This document shows positions 1 through 9,969 of a stretch of DNA of 40,117 nucleotides, one piece after another. Below the pieces are notes generated by a model. It was not told where the DNA came from, did not search any database, and saw only the letters and a list, made by a program, of their open reading frames with translations. The position numbers and the translations under genes are program-made. Position 1 is the stretch's first letter. Each line of letters begins with the position of its first letter. The DNA is from Candidatus Gastranaerophilales bacterium (GTDB taxonomy: Bacteria > Cyanobacteriota > Vampirovibrionia > Gastranaerophilales > UBA9971): positions 1 through 40,117 of the forward strand of contig JANQEP010000008.1 of assembly GCA_028278305.1 (NCBI GenBank). The letters run 5' to 3'.

Positions 1-3
1 TTC

Positions 4-86
4 GCCTTTAACAATTCCATATAGATTTTGAGAAAATTTCAGCAGGCTATTACGAGTTTTACGTATTTCGTGACTCAGGTTATTTA
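4..86. repeat. Right arm of a palindromic MITE/REP-like element (family A), cut by the window edge
   Basis: 4-41 GCCTTTAACAATTCCATATAGATTTTGAGAAAATTTCA is the reverse complement (1 mismatch) of 10004-10041. 24-81 aligns directly with 10073-10131. Confidence 0.8.
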
Positions 87-182
87 GAGTCTTCAAGACA
101 TAATTTTATAAAGATTTCCGGCTTTATAAGCAAAATTTATATGAGATAATTAAAAAAATTAGTAAAAAAATAGGTACAAAAC

Positions 183-986
183 ATGACAGAGAAAATAAAA
201 GTAGCAGTAAGCGGCGCCTGCGGGAAAATGGGACAGGCTGTAATTAAGGCTGTTCTGGCAGAAGATGATATGGTTCTTGTTTCTGCTATTGACGTTGCTA
301 ACACCGGTAATGATATAGGTGAAATCGTAGAAAACAGACCCTGCGGGGTTTTAATTGAGGAATCTTTAGAAAAAGCCCTCACTGAAAAGCATATTGACGC
401 TGTGGTAGATTTTACAAACCCGGAGTTGGTATTCCGGCATACAAAACTGATACTGGAAAAAGGATCAAGACCTGTTGTAGGTACAACCGGATTAAGGGCA
501 AACGAGCTTGAAGAGTTAAAAAATTTATCACAGCAAAAGGGTCTGGGCTGTCTTATAGCTCCTAATTTTGCGGTGGGCGCTGTTCTTATGATGATGTTTG
601 CGCAAAAAGCAGCAAAGTATTTTGGTAACGCAGAAATTATCGAACTTCACCATAACGGCAAAAAAGATGCCCCTTCCGGAACAGCCATAAAAACAGCTGA
701 GCTTATGACAATGCAAAGAGATAAGTTCGGCGAAGATAACTGTCCTGAGATCGAAACCCTGAAAGGCTCAAGAGGCGGGGTTACTGAGTCGAATATTCAC
801 ATACACAGCGTAAGGATTCCCGGATTCATTGCTCACCAGGAGGTCATTTGCGGCTCTTTGGGGCAGGCTTTGACCATAAGACACGATTCCTTTGACAGAA
901 TCAGCTTCATGCCCGGTGTTATTCTCAGTATAAGATACGTTATGACTCATAACGATTTTATTTACGGATTGGATAATATTCTTTAA
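183..986 (+). CDS. dapB: 4-hydroxy-tetrahydrodipicolinate reductase
   Basis: Motifs V-S-G-A-C-G-K-M-G, VDFT, VVGTTG, APNFAVG, EIIELHHNGKKDAPSGTA, HSVRIPG..AHQEV, RHDSFDR.SFMPG. Confidence 0.97.
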   Translation: MTEKIKVAVSGACGKMGQAVIKAVLAEDDMVLVSAIDVANTGNDIGEIVENRPCGVLIEESLEKALTEKHIDAVVDFTNPELVFRHTKLILEKGSRPVVGTTGLRANELEELKNLSQQKGLGCLIAPNFAVGAVLMMMFAQKAAKYFGNAEIIELHHNGKKDAPSGTAIKTAELMTMQRDKFGEDNCPEIETLKGSRGGVTESNIHIHSVRIPGFIAHQEVICGSLGQALTIRHDSFDRISFMPGVILSIRYVMTHNDFIYGLDNIL

Positions 987-1071
987 ATCAGGAATTTTAC
1001 AACCTTATTACAAAATTTTTGTCAAATTTTATCTTTAGGCTTTTTATTAATAATTAATATAATAAAATTAT

Positions 1072-1100
1072 CTTGAATCACGAAATACATAAAACTGTAA
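1072..1100. repeat. Solo degenerate terminal repeat of family A
   Basis: CTTGAATCACGAAATACATAAAACTGTAA matches the reverse complement of 50-79 (CCTGAGTCACGAAATACGTAAAACTCGTAA). Confidence 0.65.
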
Positions 1101-1108
1101 GTGAATTT

Positions 1109-1312
1109 TTAATCCGGAATATACTCAAAAATATCATGTGCTGTGCATTCAAGTGCATAGCATAATTTATTCAATGTGTCGAAGCTTATTTGTGTAGTTC
1201 TATTATAGTAAATTTGAATAATTGTACCCTTAGAGAGACCGCTAATACTCTGTAGCTCACCTGTCTTCATTCTTTTTTCACCCATTATTTTTGATAAATT
1301 ATTTTTAATCAT
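1109..1312 (-). CDS. Cro/C1-type (HTH_26/YozG-like) transcriptional regulator
   Basis: 67 aa, pattern L..IM..KRM...EL...SGLS..TI..IY......I.FDTL.KLC.AL.C...DIFEY. Confidence 0.85.
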   Translation of the reverse strand: MIKNNLSKIMGEKRMKTGELQSISGLSKGTIIQIYYNRTTQISFDTLNKLCYALECTAHDIFEYIPD

Positions 1313-1341
1313 AATGAGATCATAATATTAATTTTAGCATC

Positions 1342-1390
1342 TTGTATTTTAGTTCACCATGCTGTAATATATTACAGTATGGTGAACTAA
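1342..1390 (+). promoter_or_regulatory. Sigma70-like promoter overlapped by a 42-bp palindrome (probable HTH operator)
   Basis: TTGTAT(1342)-17 bp-TAATAT(1365). Palindrome 1349-1390 TTAGTTCACCATGCTGTAATA/TATTACAGTATGGTGAACTAA has 1 mismatch. Confidence 0.65.
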
Positions 1391-1421
1391 TAAGTTAATA
1401 TTTCTTAAAAGGAGCAAGAAA

Positions 1422-1628
1422 ATGAGTGAAAAGAAAAAGCTGGAAAAAATTCATAAAACAGCATCAGATAAGTGCTATGAAAACAGGGCTATTTTAGATA
1501 GTTTAATATTAAATTCACAGGCTTGTTCTGCTAAATGCCATGTGTTGCTTGAAATGGTACAAAAGAGAAACTCAAAAATATCTGAAAAAATCGAGGAGAG
1601 CAGGGAAATTTTAGACATAGCAGATTAA
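1422..1628 (+). CDS. Small hypothetical helical protein, divergent from the HTH gene
   Basis: 68-aa ORF with AAAGGAG RBS and an upstream promoter; no family recognised. Confidence 0.65.
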   Translation: MSEKKKLEKIHKTASDKCYENRAILDSLILNSQACSAKCHVLLEMVQKRNSKISEKIEESREILDIAD

Positions 1629-1638
1629 AACTTTTCCC

Positions 1639-4600
1639 TTATAATTTATCCAGTAAGTCAGGTTCGAGATCAAGGGCTTTTTTTAAATATTTATTTGCCT
1701 CTTCTTTATTTCCGCTATCCCTGAGAATTAATCCCGTGTAATAGTAGTAAAAAGCATTGTCTTCATCGAGATATTTTACGTTTTTAAGGCTCTTTACCGC
1801 TTTTGATTGGTATCCCCGGGCAAGCTGCACTTTTGCTAAACCGAGCCATACATGATAATGTTCCATAGGAGCGGCTGAGAGGACTTTTTTAAGCATCTCT
1901 TCCGCTTCCTCGTATTGTTTCCTGTTTGCGAGAATCACCGCGATATTATAAATTACATCAGTATTTTCTTTATCTGCATCCAGTATTTTTTTGAAATAAT
2001 CAAGGGCTTCATCTTCTTTTTCCAGGTAAATGTGCAGTTTAGCCATGCATAGCAGGGCGTCAATGTTTTTAGGGTTGGTTTGCAGAACTTTCTGGTAGTA
2101 CTGCCGGGCTTTTGAGTATTTTCCGTATAAAAAGTAAATATTCCCCATTTTTAAATTGGATTTTACGTTGTTTTCATCCAGCATCAGGGTTTTTTCAAAA
2201 TATTTCCGGGCGGGCTGGAACTGGTCAATTTCATAATATGCTTCCGCGAGCAGCTCAAAAATATAGGGTTCGCTCTCTTTGTCCGCAAGTTTGTTTAAAA
2301 TACTTATAGCGCTGTCAATTTCTCCCTGGATTAAATAATAATAAGCCTCGTAATACTTGCTCAGAACAATATTTTCCCTGAATTGTTTTACTTTTAGCCA
2401 GTAATCATATGATTTAAACTTTTTCCAGAATTCCTTATCCTTTATTTTATGGCTTTTGGTAATTAAATTGACCTGGTTAATTGTTTTTTGCGCCTCATAA
2501 ATTTCATTTTGCCCTGATAGGACCTCTATTTTCAAGAGATTATAAGTTAAATTTCCGGGGTTTATTGATAAAGCCAGGTTTATTTCATTTTCTGCTTTTT
2601 GAAGTTCTTTTTTCCCGGTAAGGGCTTTTGCCCTTAAATAATGGATGTAGTCGTATTTTTCGATGTCTTTTGTTAATTCCAGGACAAAATCCGGGTCATT
2701 TTTATAATTCAGCGCATAAAAAGCTGTGTATAAAATTTTTTCTTTTTCATCCGGGAAAAACTGCCTCGGAAAATAAAGAACATAAAGCTCATTTATAAAA
2801 GAACCCCAGATTTCCCTGTCATTCACATCATCAAGCACTTGCCTGGCAAAATTAAAATAGTTCATGCTTATTAATTTAAGTACAAGTTTCATTTTTAAGA
2901 AATTATCATCAGGGTGGATGGTTTCATAAAAATTCTTCAGCTCCTGAAGCGCATTTTCTGTTTCCCCTCTGGTAAAGCTGTAAAAAGCTTCTTTTATGCT
3001 GTCTTTTTCTTCCTGGGCGGGAAAGTCAATTTCCCGGATTTCTTCCCTGGCCGGGCGAAATTCATTTATTTTTATGCTGACAAAGTTATTTGCAGCCCTG
3101 AAGTCCCTGTTATCCAGGTTAACCTTAACTTTCGGCTTTGAGCCGGTCTTGCTTACCACGGGCTTGGAAACATTGAGAATTTCAATATCCAGTTTTTTAA
3201 AGCTGTTTATGATATTCACCACCATATCAGAGCGTGCGGATATATTGTTAATATCACTCTCTGTCATGGCAATATGCAGGGGCGTAAAATTGTCATAAGG
3301 AAGACTCGGGTCAAGACTTACCCATTTACCTGTATATGCCTTAACCCACATATGATACGTAAACGCGTTTTCAGGAGAATCGGTATATACAAGCCCCACA
3401 ACGACCTTTGCCGGGATTCCCGCCGCGCGCAGCAGCGACGCCAAAAGTATAGAATGCTCAGTACAGTCACCGCTTCCGGTTTCCAGTACTTTTACCGAAT
3501 TTGCAAAATCAAAAGCAAAGCTTTTATCTGCTATATTGTCATAAACCCATTGTTTCATTTTTTTTGCTATTTTAAAAGCGTCATTTTCATTTGCAGTAAG
3601 CCTGTCTGCCAGGTTTTTGATTGACTCGCTGTCTGTAATTACAAAAGGACCGGACCTTAAGTAGTTTTCGTAGCCTTCTTTTTTAACCGGGTATGGAAAT
3701 TTATAATCTTCGTATTTTTCAGCTTCCACTTTTAAGAAGACAGTATTGTCCTTTACCTGTATAATCCGCTGGTTTTCATCAGTTATAAAAATATTATCCA
3801 CAGCCATGTTTTCAGCTGTAATTTTATAAATTGCCTGGTCAATCGAACCCGGGTCTGCTATGGTTTTTTCCACTTTTATGCAGCTCTCTGAAAAGACATC
3901 AAATTCCGGGGAAATATTCAGAATTTCATCCCTGTCAACTTCAAACTGCTCCATATCAAGTATTGAAGTGTATTCCCTGACGACATGCCCGTTTTCATCA
4001 CGCCAGACATAAAGATCAGTATTCGGAAAAATATTTACTTCATTCCTGTATTTTGTGTAGACACCGTTCAGTTTTCCCTGCTTAAGCAGTTGTTTTTCGA
4101 GTTTTTCTGATTTTATTTCCAGTATTTGCGGGTTAAGACCCGGCTCCAGCGTGTAATACCTTAAGGCATTACTTTTTGTTTCCCTGTACAATCTGTCTAT
4201 AGCATATGGAAACAGGATTTTTTCATCCAGGTCTATTATTTTTTCTTCTTTTATATTATTTATCTTTGCTTTGATAAGTACTTGCCCTGTTTCCCGGTTA
4301 AAATTTCCCGTAAGCCGGATATCTTCCCCTTTGCTTTTTGAGCTGAATGAAAACTGAACAGGGTTTCCTGATTCATCTTCCACAAATGACTGATCCTGGA
4401 TTATCTGTATTTTATCATTATGCCGTTTAAATTTTTGTTCAAAGTGTTTCCTGGTAACGATTACAGTTGAATTTTCCCCTGCCGGTTTTTTTCTTTGCGA
4501 AACATGTATATATCCTGTTTTTATTCCTTTTGATTTAATTATATAAATCTTTTCATATAGAATTTCTGATTGCCCGGCAATTGATACATTGCTTAGAATG

Positions 4601-4647
4601 CATAGGGATATGATAATAAAAGTTCTGAGAAAACCTGCTAAAATCAT
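1639..4647 (-). CDS. Secreted transglutaminase-like domain protein with C-terminal TPR array
   Basis: N-terminal hydrophobic signal; GDCTEHSILLASLLRAAGIPA..V.G...HMWV.AY..W..LDP (Cys-His-Asp triad); many TPR-like helix pairs in the C-terminal half. Confidence 0.85.
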   Translation of the reverse strand: MILAGFLRTFIIISLCILSNVSIAGQSEILYEKIYIIKSKGIKTGYIHVSQRKKPAGENSTVIVTRKHFEQKFKRHNDKIQIIQDQSFVEDESGNPVQFSFSSKSKGEDIRLTGNFNRETGQVLIKAKINNIKEEKIIDLDEKILFPYAIDRLYRETKSNALRYYTLEPGLNPQILEIKSEKLEKQLLKQGKLNGVYTKYRNEVNIFPNTDLYVWRDENGHVVREYTSILDMEQFEVDRDEILNISPEFDVFSESCIKVEKTIADPGSIDQAIYKITAENMAVDNIFITDENQRIIQVKDNTVFLKVEAEKYEDYKFPYPVKKEGYENYLRSGPFVITDSESIKNLADRLTANENDAFKIAKKMKQWVYDNIADKSFAFDFANSVKVLETGSGDCTEHSILLASLLRAAGIPAKVVVGLVYTDSPENAFTYHMWVKAYTGKWVSLDPSLPYDNFTPLHIAMTESDINNISARSDMVVNIINSFKKLDIEILNVSKPVVSKTGSKPKVKVNLDNRDFRAANNFVSIKINEFRPAREEIREIDFPAQEEKDSIKEAFYSFTRGETENALQELKNFYETIHPDDNFLKMKLVLKLISMNYFNFARQVLDDVNDREIWGSFINELYVLYFPRQFFPDEKEKILYTAFYALNYKNDPDFVLELTKDIEKYDYIHYLRAKALTGKKELQKAENEINLALSINPGNLTYNLLKIEVLSGQNEIYEAQKTINQVNLITKSHKIKDKEFWKKFKSYDYWLKVKQFRENIVLSKYYEAYYYLIQGEIDSAISILNKLADKESEPYIFELLAEAYYEIDQFQPARKYFEKTLMLDENNVKSNLKMGNIYFLYGKYSKARQYYQKVLQTNPKNIDALLCMAKLHIYLEKEDEALDYFKKILDADKENTDVIYNIAVILANRKQYEEAEEMLKKVLSAAPMEHYHVWLGLAKVQLARGYQSKAVKSLKNVKYLDEDNAFYYYYTGLILRDSGNKEEANKYLKKALDLEPDLLDKL

Positions 4648-4662
4648 TTTATCTCAACAATC

Positions 4663-7284
4663 TTACTTAGTAAGCTCTTTTTTACCGGGGTTATATAAAC
4701 CTTCAAAAAATTCTACTATTCTGTTTTCTTTTTTATCCCTGATTTCTTGTTCTTTTGCAAGAATATTATGAAAATCACTTAAGGTATATTTTTTAAATAA
4801 TTCCTTTATTTTATCAGTTATTTCATAATCTTCCCCGTATAGGAGTATACTTAAAATTTTGTAAACACTAAGGGTAAAGAAACTATCCACCACTTTCGGA
4901 TCAAAGTGTATACCTGAATCTTTTTTTAGTATGTTTAATACGTTGATAAAAGGCATTCTGTCACGATAATGACGTTTTGAGGTTATTGCGTCGAATACAT
5001 CCGAGACAGCAAGGATTTTACCTCCAAGACATATATTATCGCCTTTTAATTGCCTGAAATAACCTGTTCCGTTATATTTTTCGTGATGGGAAGCTGCTAT
5101 TTCAGGGACATCCTTAAATTTTTCTTCAAAATACATTTTATTAAGAATATCAAAAGTAATACGGGCATGTTCCTGTATATGTCTGTACTCTTCATCAGTA
5201 AGCTTACCCTGTTTGCACAAAACACTGTCTTTAATCCCTATTTTGCCTATGTCGTGAAGAAGCGCGCCATGCTCAAGGGCTTCGAGTTCATCGCCTTCTA
5301 TTTTTAATTTTTCCGCTATGGCAATACTGTACAGGGTAACCCTTTTTGAATGACCGGCTGTAATTTTATCCCGCGCGTCAATGGAAGCTGCAAGGGTATT
5401 TATAAAACTTATAAAAGAACGTTTTTGTTCTTCATACATTGTCTGCTGTTTTTTAAAAAGGCGGGCATTTTCCAGGGCAATCCCGGTACTTGAGCCGATT
5501 GCAATCAACAGGTCCTCATCTTCCGTTGTAAAATAGTCGTTCCCGAATTTGTTTAATACCTGGAAAACTCCTACTATTTCATGATTCAGGTTTCTCATAG
5601 GCATACACAGAATGGTTTTTGTTTTATACCCGGTTTTTTTGTCAATTTCCTTGTTAAACCTGGAATCGTTATATGCATCTTTAATATTTATGGTTTCGCC
5701 TGTCTGGGTAACATGCCCTGCCAGTCCGGTATTTGCAGGGAACCTGATTTCCTGGCTGCCCATGCCAAGAGCAATTTTGGACCAGAGTTCCTCGTTTTCC
5801 CGGTCATAGAGAAAAACCGTACACCTGTCCGCAGAAAGCGCTCTTTGTGTTTCCTGGGCAATTATGGACAGCAGTTTATCCAGGTCGGTTTCTGCTGCAA
5901 TTGACCTGCCTATTCTCAAAAGGGCAAGAAAAGGGTCTTTGTTTCCCGAACTCCTTGAAGTATCACCGATAACAGAGATATCTTCCAGCAAGGATTTTCC
6001 CTCAGAAAATAAATCTTCTTTTTTAACGGTTTTATCAATTATATTTGACCATTCTTCTTCGTCAACTTCAAAGAGAACATCTTCAATTTTTTTGCCCAGA
6101 ATATGTAAATTATTCAATTTTACAATTGATAGAGCTTCTTTCAGGCTTGAAGAGGCTTTTGGAAAGTCTGAAAAGTTTTTGTATATTAATCCCAGTTTAT
6201 AATAACTTTTTGCAATCTCAGAAGAGCTCTCAGCTTCCGTAAACAACTCTATAGCTTCCTGAAGACATTCTATAGCCTGCTTTATCTGCCCTTCCTGCTC
6301 GTAAATTAATGCCCTGATCTGTTTTGCAAACCCCTGCCCCCGCGGCGTTGAAAAATTATTAAAAACCGGGTCTACTTCTGTTTCCAGAATTTTTTCAGCT
6401 TTGCTAATGCTTTTATTCCTGATGGCTATACTTGCAAGAATACAGTGGGCAAAAGCCTTAACCAGGTTCAAATCAAGTTTTTCAGCTATTTCAATTGATT
6501 TTAGAGCATTTTTTTCTGCATTTTCAAAGTCTTCAAGCTCAAAATAGACTTTTGCCAGCTCTCCCCATATTCTTGCGCCGGTATGGTAATCACCGAAGTT
6601 TTCAATGGTTTTAATTCCGTTATGCAAATGAACCCGCGCTTCTTCATAATTTTCTATATTAGAGAGATATCTGCCCAGCAAAAGTTCGGTTATTGAAATT
6701 TCCCGGGGGTTATTAATTTTCTTCTTTATTTCAAGAGCCTGGTTCATACATTCAACAGCAGTATAGTAATTTCCGGTTCTTAAGTAAAAAATTGCAAGGC
6801 TGTCATAGACTTTAGCGTATTCAAGTTTGTTTTTATCAAGTAAGTTCTGGGCAAGCTTAAAATATTTCAGCGCATCGCTGTATCTCTTTTCAAAATAATA
6901 TATAATTCCGTAGTAATGAAGTATCTGTGCTGTTATTTCTTTTTCATTCTCTATTTTTGAATTTTCCAGAAGGTATTTTGCATCGTTTAATAAGGTTAAA
7001 GATCTTATTAAACGGTCATTACAGTTTTTGTAATGTATAATTGCAAGCTCTGCAAGGCATATGACAATTTTTTGAATATCTTTAAGCTCATTATAGAGTT
7101 TTTGAGATTCTTCTATGTATTTTATGGATTTATCGTAATTTTTACGAAAAGCTTCAATAAGGCCTAATTCCAGAAGAATTTTCGCCCTGTCATGAGCGCT
7201 TTCAGTATTCTCCAGCTCTTTTTCCAGTTTATTCAGCTGTTTGGGAGAAGAAATATTTATAGATTTATTATCAGTATTAAACAT
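4663..7284 (-). CDS. TPR-GAF-HD-GYP family cyclic-dinucleotide phosphodiesterase
   Basis: N-terminal TPRs; GAF (ADRCTVFLYD, G.AG.V..TGE.INI.DAY.D.RFN, ILCMPM, VGVFQVLNK); HD-GYP (T.GHS.RV, LLHDIGKIG, HHEK.NG.GYF, AVSDVFDAITS.R.YR). Confidence 0.9.
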   Translation of the reverse strand: MFNTDNKSINISSPKQLNKLEKELENTESAHDRAKILLELGLIEAFRKNYDKSIKYIEESQKLYNELKDIQKIVICLAELAIIHYKNCNDRLIRSLTLLNDAKYLLENSKIENEKEITAQILHYYGIIYYFEKRYSDALKYFKLAQNLLDKNKLEYAKVYDSLAIFYLRTGNYYTAVECMNQALEIKKKINNPREISITELLLGRYLSNIENYEEARVHLHNGIKTIENFGDYHTGARIWGELAKVYFELEDFENAEKNALKSIEIAEKLDLNLVKAFAHCILASIAIRNKSISKAEKILETEVDPVFNNFSTPRGQGFAKQIRALIYEQEGQIKQAIECLQEAIELFTEAESSSEIAKSYYKLGLIYKNFSDFPKASSSLKEALSIVKLNNLHILGKKIEDVLFEVDEEEWSNIIDKTVKKEDLFSEGKSLLEDISVIGDTSRSSGNKDPFLALLRIGRSIAAETDLDKLLSIIAQETQRALSADRCTVFLYDRENEELWSKIALGMGSQEIRFPANTGLAGHVTQTGETINIKDAYNDSRFNKEIDKKTGYKTKTILCMPMRNLNHEIVGVFQVLNKFGNDYFTTEDEDLLIAIGSSTGIALENARLFKKQQTMYEEQKRSFISFINTLAASIDARDKITAGHSKRVTLYSIAIAEKLKIEGDELEALEHGALLHDIGKIGIKDSVLCKQGKLTDEEYRHIQEHARITFDILNKMYFEEKFKDVPEIAASHHEKYNGTGYFRQLKGDNICLGGKILAVSDVFDAITSKRHYRDRMPFINVLNILKKDSGIHFDPKVVDSFFTLSVYKILSILLYGEDYEITDKIKELFKKYTLSDFHNILAKEQEIRDKKENRIVEFFEGLYNPGKKELTK

Positions 7285-7380
7285 AATTATTTATTATATA
7301 TTATAAGGTTATTTAAATCTATGATTACGGATAATTACATCTTTTCTTTGTTTTATTACCGGATGCCTGTTTTGGCGCAA

Positions 7381-8166
7381 TCACAGTCTTCTTTGTAAAA
7401 ACGCCTCGTATAAAATTATTCCTGCAGATACGCTAAGGTTTAGAGATTCAACTTCCGCCTGCATGGGAATTTTTACGCTAAAATCAGATTGATCAAGCAA
7501 ACCTTCAGAGATCCCTTCTGCTTCGGAACCAAAAATTATGACTGACGGAGTTTTATAATTAACTTCAAAATAATTTTTTGTGTTTTCATAACTCACAACC
7601 GTGCTGATAAATTGAAAATCCCTGTATTTTAATAATTTTTGCCTTAAATTTTTAGTGTTATCAAGATAAATTATCGGTATTTTCCACAAATTTGCAGCAG
7701 AAGCCCTGACTGTTTTAGGGTTAAAAATATCAGCCGTATCTTCCGTAAGTATAATACCTGAAGCAGCGGCAGCTTTTGCTGTTCTTATTATTGTTCCGAG
7801 GTTTCCCGGGTCTTTTATGTTTTCAAGTATTATGATCAGGGGATTTTCATCTTTCATTAAGTCATTAATCTTATATTCAGTCTGCTTAGCAACAGCAAGA
7901 ATTTCACAAGGGCTGTCTGTGGTTGATATTTTTTTTAAAACTTTTTCATTTACAAGGTATATAAGGTTTTTGGGAAGTTTTTCCATATCTTCCCCGGTTG
8001 ACTTGTTTAAAAAGATATGAGTGATTTTAAGTCCATAATCCAGGGCATCTTCCACGCTTTTACGTCCTTCAATTAAAAACAGTCCTGTTTTCTGCCTGTT
8101 TTTTTTCTGGTGAAGCGATGCAGCCATTTTGATTATGGAATTTTGAACGCTCGATACCTGTTGCAT
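7381..8166 (-). CDS. TrmH/SpoU family RNA methyltransferase
   Basis: FLIEG, LENIKDPGNLGTIIRTA, FNPKTVRAS, FGSEAEG, IPM...VESLNLSVSAGIILYE. Confidence 0.95.
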   Translation of the reverse strand: MQQVSSVQNSIIKMAASLHQKKNRQKTGLFLIEGRKSVEDALDYGLKITHIFLNKSTGEDMEKLPKNLIYLVNEKVLKKISTTDSPCEILAVAKQTEYKINDLMKDENPLIIILENIKDPGNLGTIIRTAKAAAASGIILTEDTADIFNPKTVRASAANLWKIPIIYLDNTKNLRQKLLKYRDFQFISTVVSYENTKNYFEVNYKTPSVIIFGSEAEGISEGLLDQSDFSVKIPMQAEVESLNLSVSAGIILYEAFLQRRL

Positions 8167-8167
8167 C

Positions 8168-9916
8168 TTAGCCTATTTTAAACCTGTTATAATTTTCCAG
8201 CCATGTTTTTTCCTGTTCAGTAAGCTTATCGTAGTTTATAAGATTTTCATCCAGCGGTGCTCTTGTGAGGGTTTTGATTTTAACTTTTCCATCTTCTTCA
8301 ACTATCATTACAGTATTTTCTAGCCTGACACCGCCCTGGTTTTCTTTATATAATCCGGGCTCAACCGTGAAAACCATGCCGGCTTTCAGAGGGATTTTAG
8401 AAGATTCTGACGGACCAATTCTCGGAGGTGATTCATGAACCGGGATTCCAACTCCATGCCCTGTGGCGTGTGAAAATTCAAATCCTTCCGGTTTATTGGC
8501 TTCTACAGCTTCTCTTACCGAATAATCCAGGTCATATCCTGTTGTATTTTCACTAATTTCCAGGTTTATGCCTTTTAAAAACCCTTTTAAAACTGCAGTG
8601 TATAGTATTTTTTGCAAATCATCAGCAGGGACTTCATGTCCTGCTGCAAGAAAAGTTCTTGTCTGGTCAGTTGCATAACCTCCTTCAAAATAAGCTCCGC
8701 AATCAAGAAGGATAAGATCTCCCTTTTTTATAAACTTTTGGGGATCCGGACAGGTATAATGTATAAAAGCTGTGTTTATTCCGACCGTTGTTATGGGCTC
8801 AAAGCTAAGTGAAACAGCTTCTTCCTCTTTAAGAAGACTTTTTATCTTGTTGGAAAAGTCTTTTTCAGAAATTTTCCCGCCTTTTTCCAGGCTTTGATTA
8901 AGCCAGCACATAACACGGTTTAGCGCAATATCGGTTTTAAGGTAGCATTGCGCTATGTATTTTAATTCCCGGGAGTTCTTAATTGATTTTAATTCAGAAA
9001 TATAGCTTTCTTTAATTTCAACAACTTTTTCGGCAAGTTTTTCAATTTTCCTGAAAACCGCAAGCGTAGTGGAATTTGGATGGTAATAAACGCTGAAAAC
9101 ATTTTCCTCACGGGAAAGTTTTTCAATAAAAGTATCAAATTCGCTTTCCTGCTTAAACACAAAATCTTCGCCGAAGTTTTCTGTTATTTCCTTGCAAAGC
9201 TTGTTTAAATCAGTAAAAATATATGCCTTATCCCTGAAAACCAGGGCTTTTGATTTAAAACACGAGCTATAGGGAATTTCCATCCCGCGTAAATTTGCCA
9301 GGTAAGCTATATCAGCAAGGTCTGTAACCAGCAGCAGGTCAATCCGGTTTTGTGATTTATAGTTATTTACGGATTCCAGCTTTTGGACAGGGGATTTGCC
9401 GGATATTTCAACAGGAATATATCTTAAGGACTTACCGGCTTCGGTTTTTGCGGGTATACCGGCAATTTTAAATACCGGGTCCTCTTCATATTCCAGGATT
9501 TTTATATTTTGCTTATTTTTCAGATTTTTTAATAATTCTTTAAACCCTGCACAGCTGGTTTTAGAAGAAACAATCCCGATATTTGCCCTATCACCGCATA
9601 GTTCTGCCAGTTTTTCATATAATGCTTTTTGAGGGGATATTCCCAGCCCTACTTTAACCAGTTTTACAGACTCCGGGTCAGTCTCCATCTCTGCTTGAAG
9701 ATGATACCGTCCGTCTACAAAAAGCATTGCATCTTCAGAAGTGACTATGACATCACCTGTTGAGCCGGAAAACCCGGTTAAAAGGCAGCGGGAATTTTTT
9801 TCCGCGCTCACATATTCATTCAAATACTCATCTGTTGAATTTATTATGAATAAATCCAGTTTTTCCTTTTTCAAAAATGCCTGAAAATCATTTAATATTT
9901 CTTTTGCCGCATTCAT
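8168..9916 (-). CDS. Xaa-Pro aminopeptidase (M24 family, aminopeptidase P)
   Basis: LTGFSGSTG, FVDGRY..QA, IHY, LLDCGA.....ATD.TRT, H.TGHGVG..VHE.P, TVEPGLY....GGVRLEN. Confidence 0.93.
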   Translation of the reverse strand: MNAAKEILNDFQAFLKKEKLDLFIINSTDEYLNEYVSAEKNSRCLLTGFSGSTGDVIVTSEDAMLFVDGRYHLQAEMETDPESVKLVKVGLGISPQKALYEKLAELCGDRANIGIVSSKTSCAGFKELLKNLKNKQNIKILEYEEDPVFKIAGIPAKTEAGKSLRYIPVEISGKSPVQKLESVNNYKSQNRIDLLLVTDLADIAYLANLRGMEIPYSSCFKSKALVFRDKAYIFTDLNKLCKEITENFGEDFVFKQESEFDTFIEKLSREENVFSVYYHPNSTTLAVFRKIEKLAEKVVEIKESYISELKSIKNSRELKYIAQCYLKTDIALNRVMCWLNQSLEKGGKISEKDFSNKIKSLLKEEEAVSLSFEPITTVGINTAFIHYTCPDPQKFIKKGDLILLDCGAYFEGGYATDQTRTFLAAGHEVPADDLQKILYTAVLKGFLKGINLEISENTTGYDLDYSVREAVEANKPEGFEFSHATGHGVGIPVHESPPRIGPSESSKIPLKAGMVFTVEPGLYKENQGGVRLENTVMIVEEDGKVKIKTLTRAPLDENLINYDKLTEQEKTWLENYNRFKIG

Positions 9917-9969
9917 TAGATCTTCCGGTTTTCCTTTTTATAAATTATAAAATCAAAATTAATGTTTGA

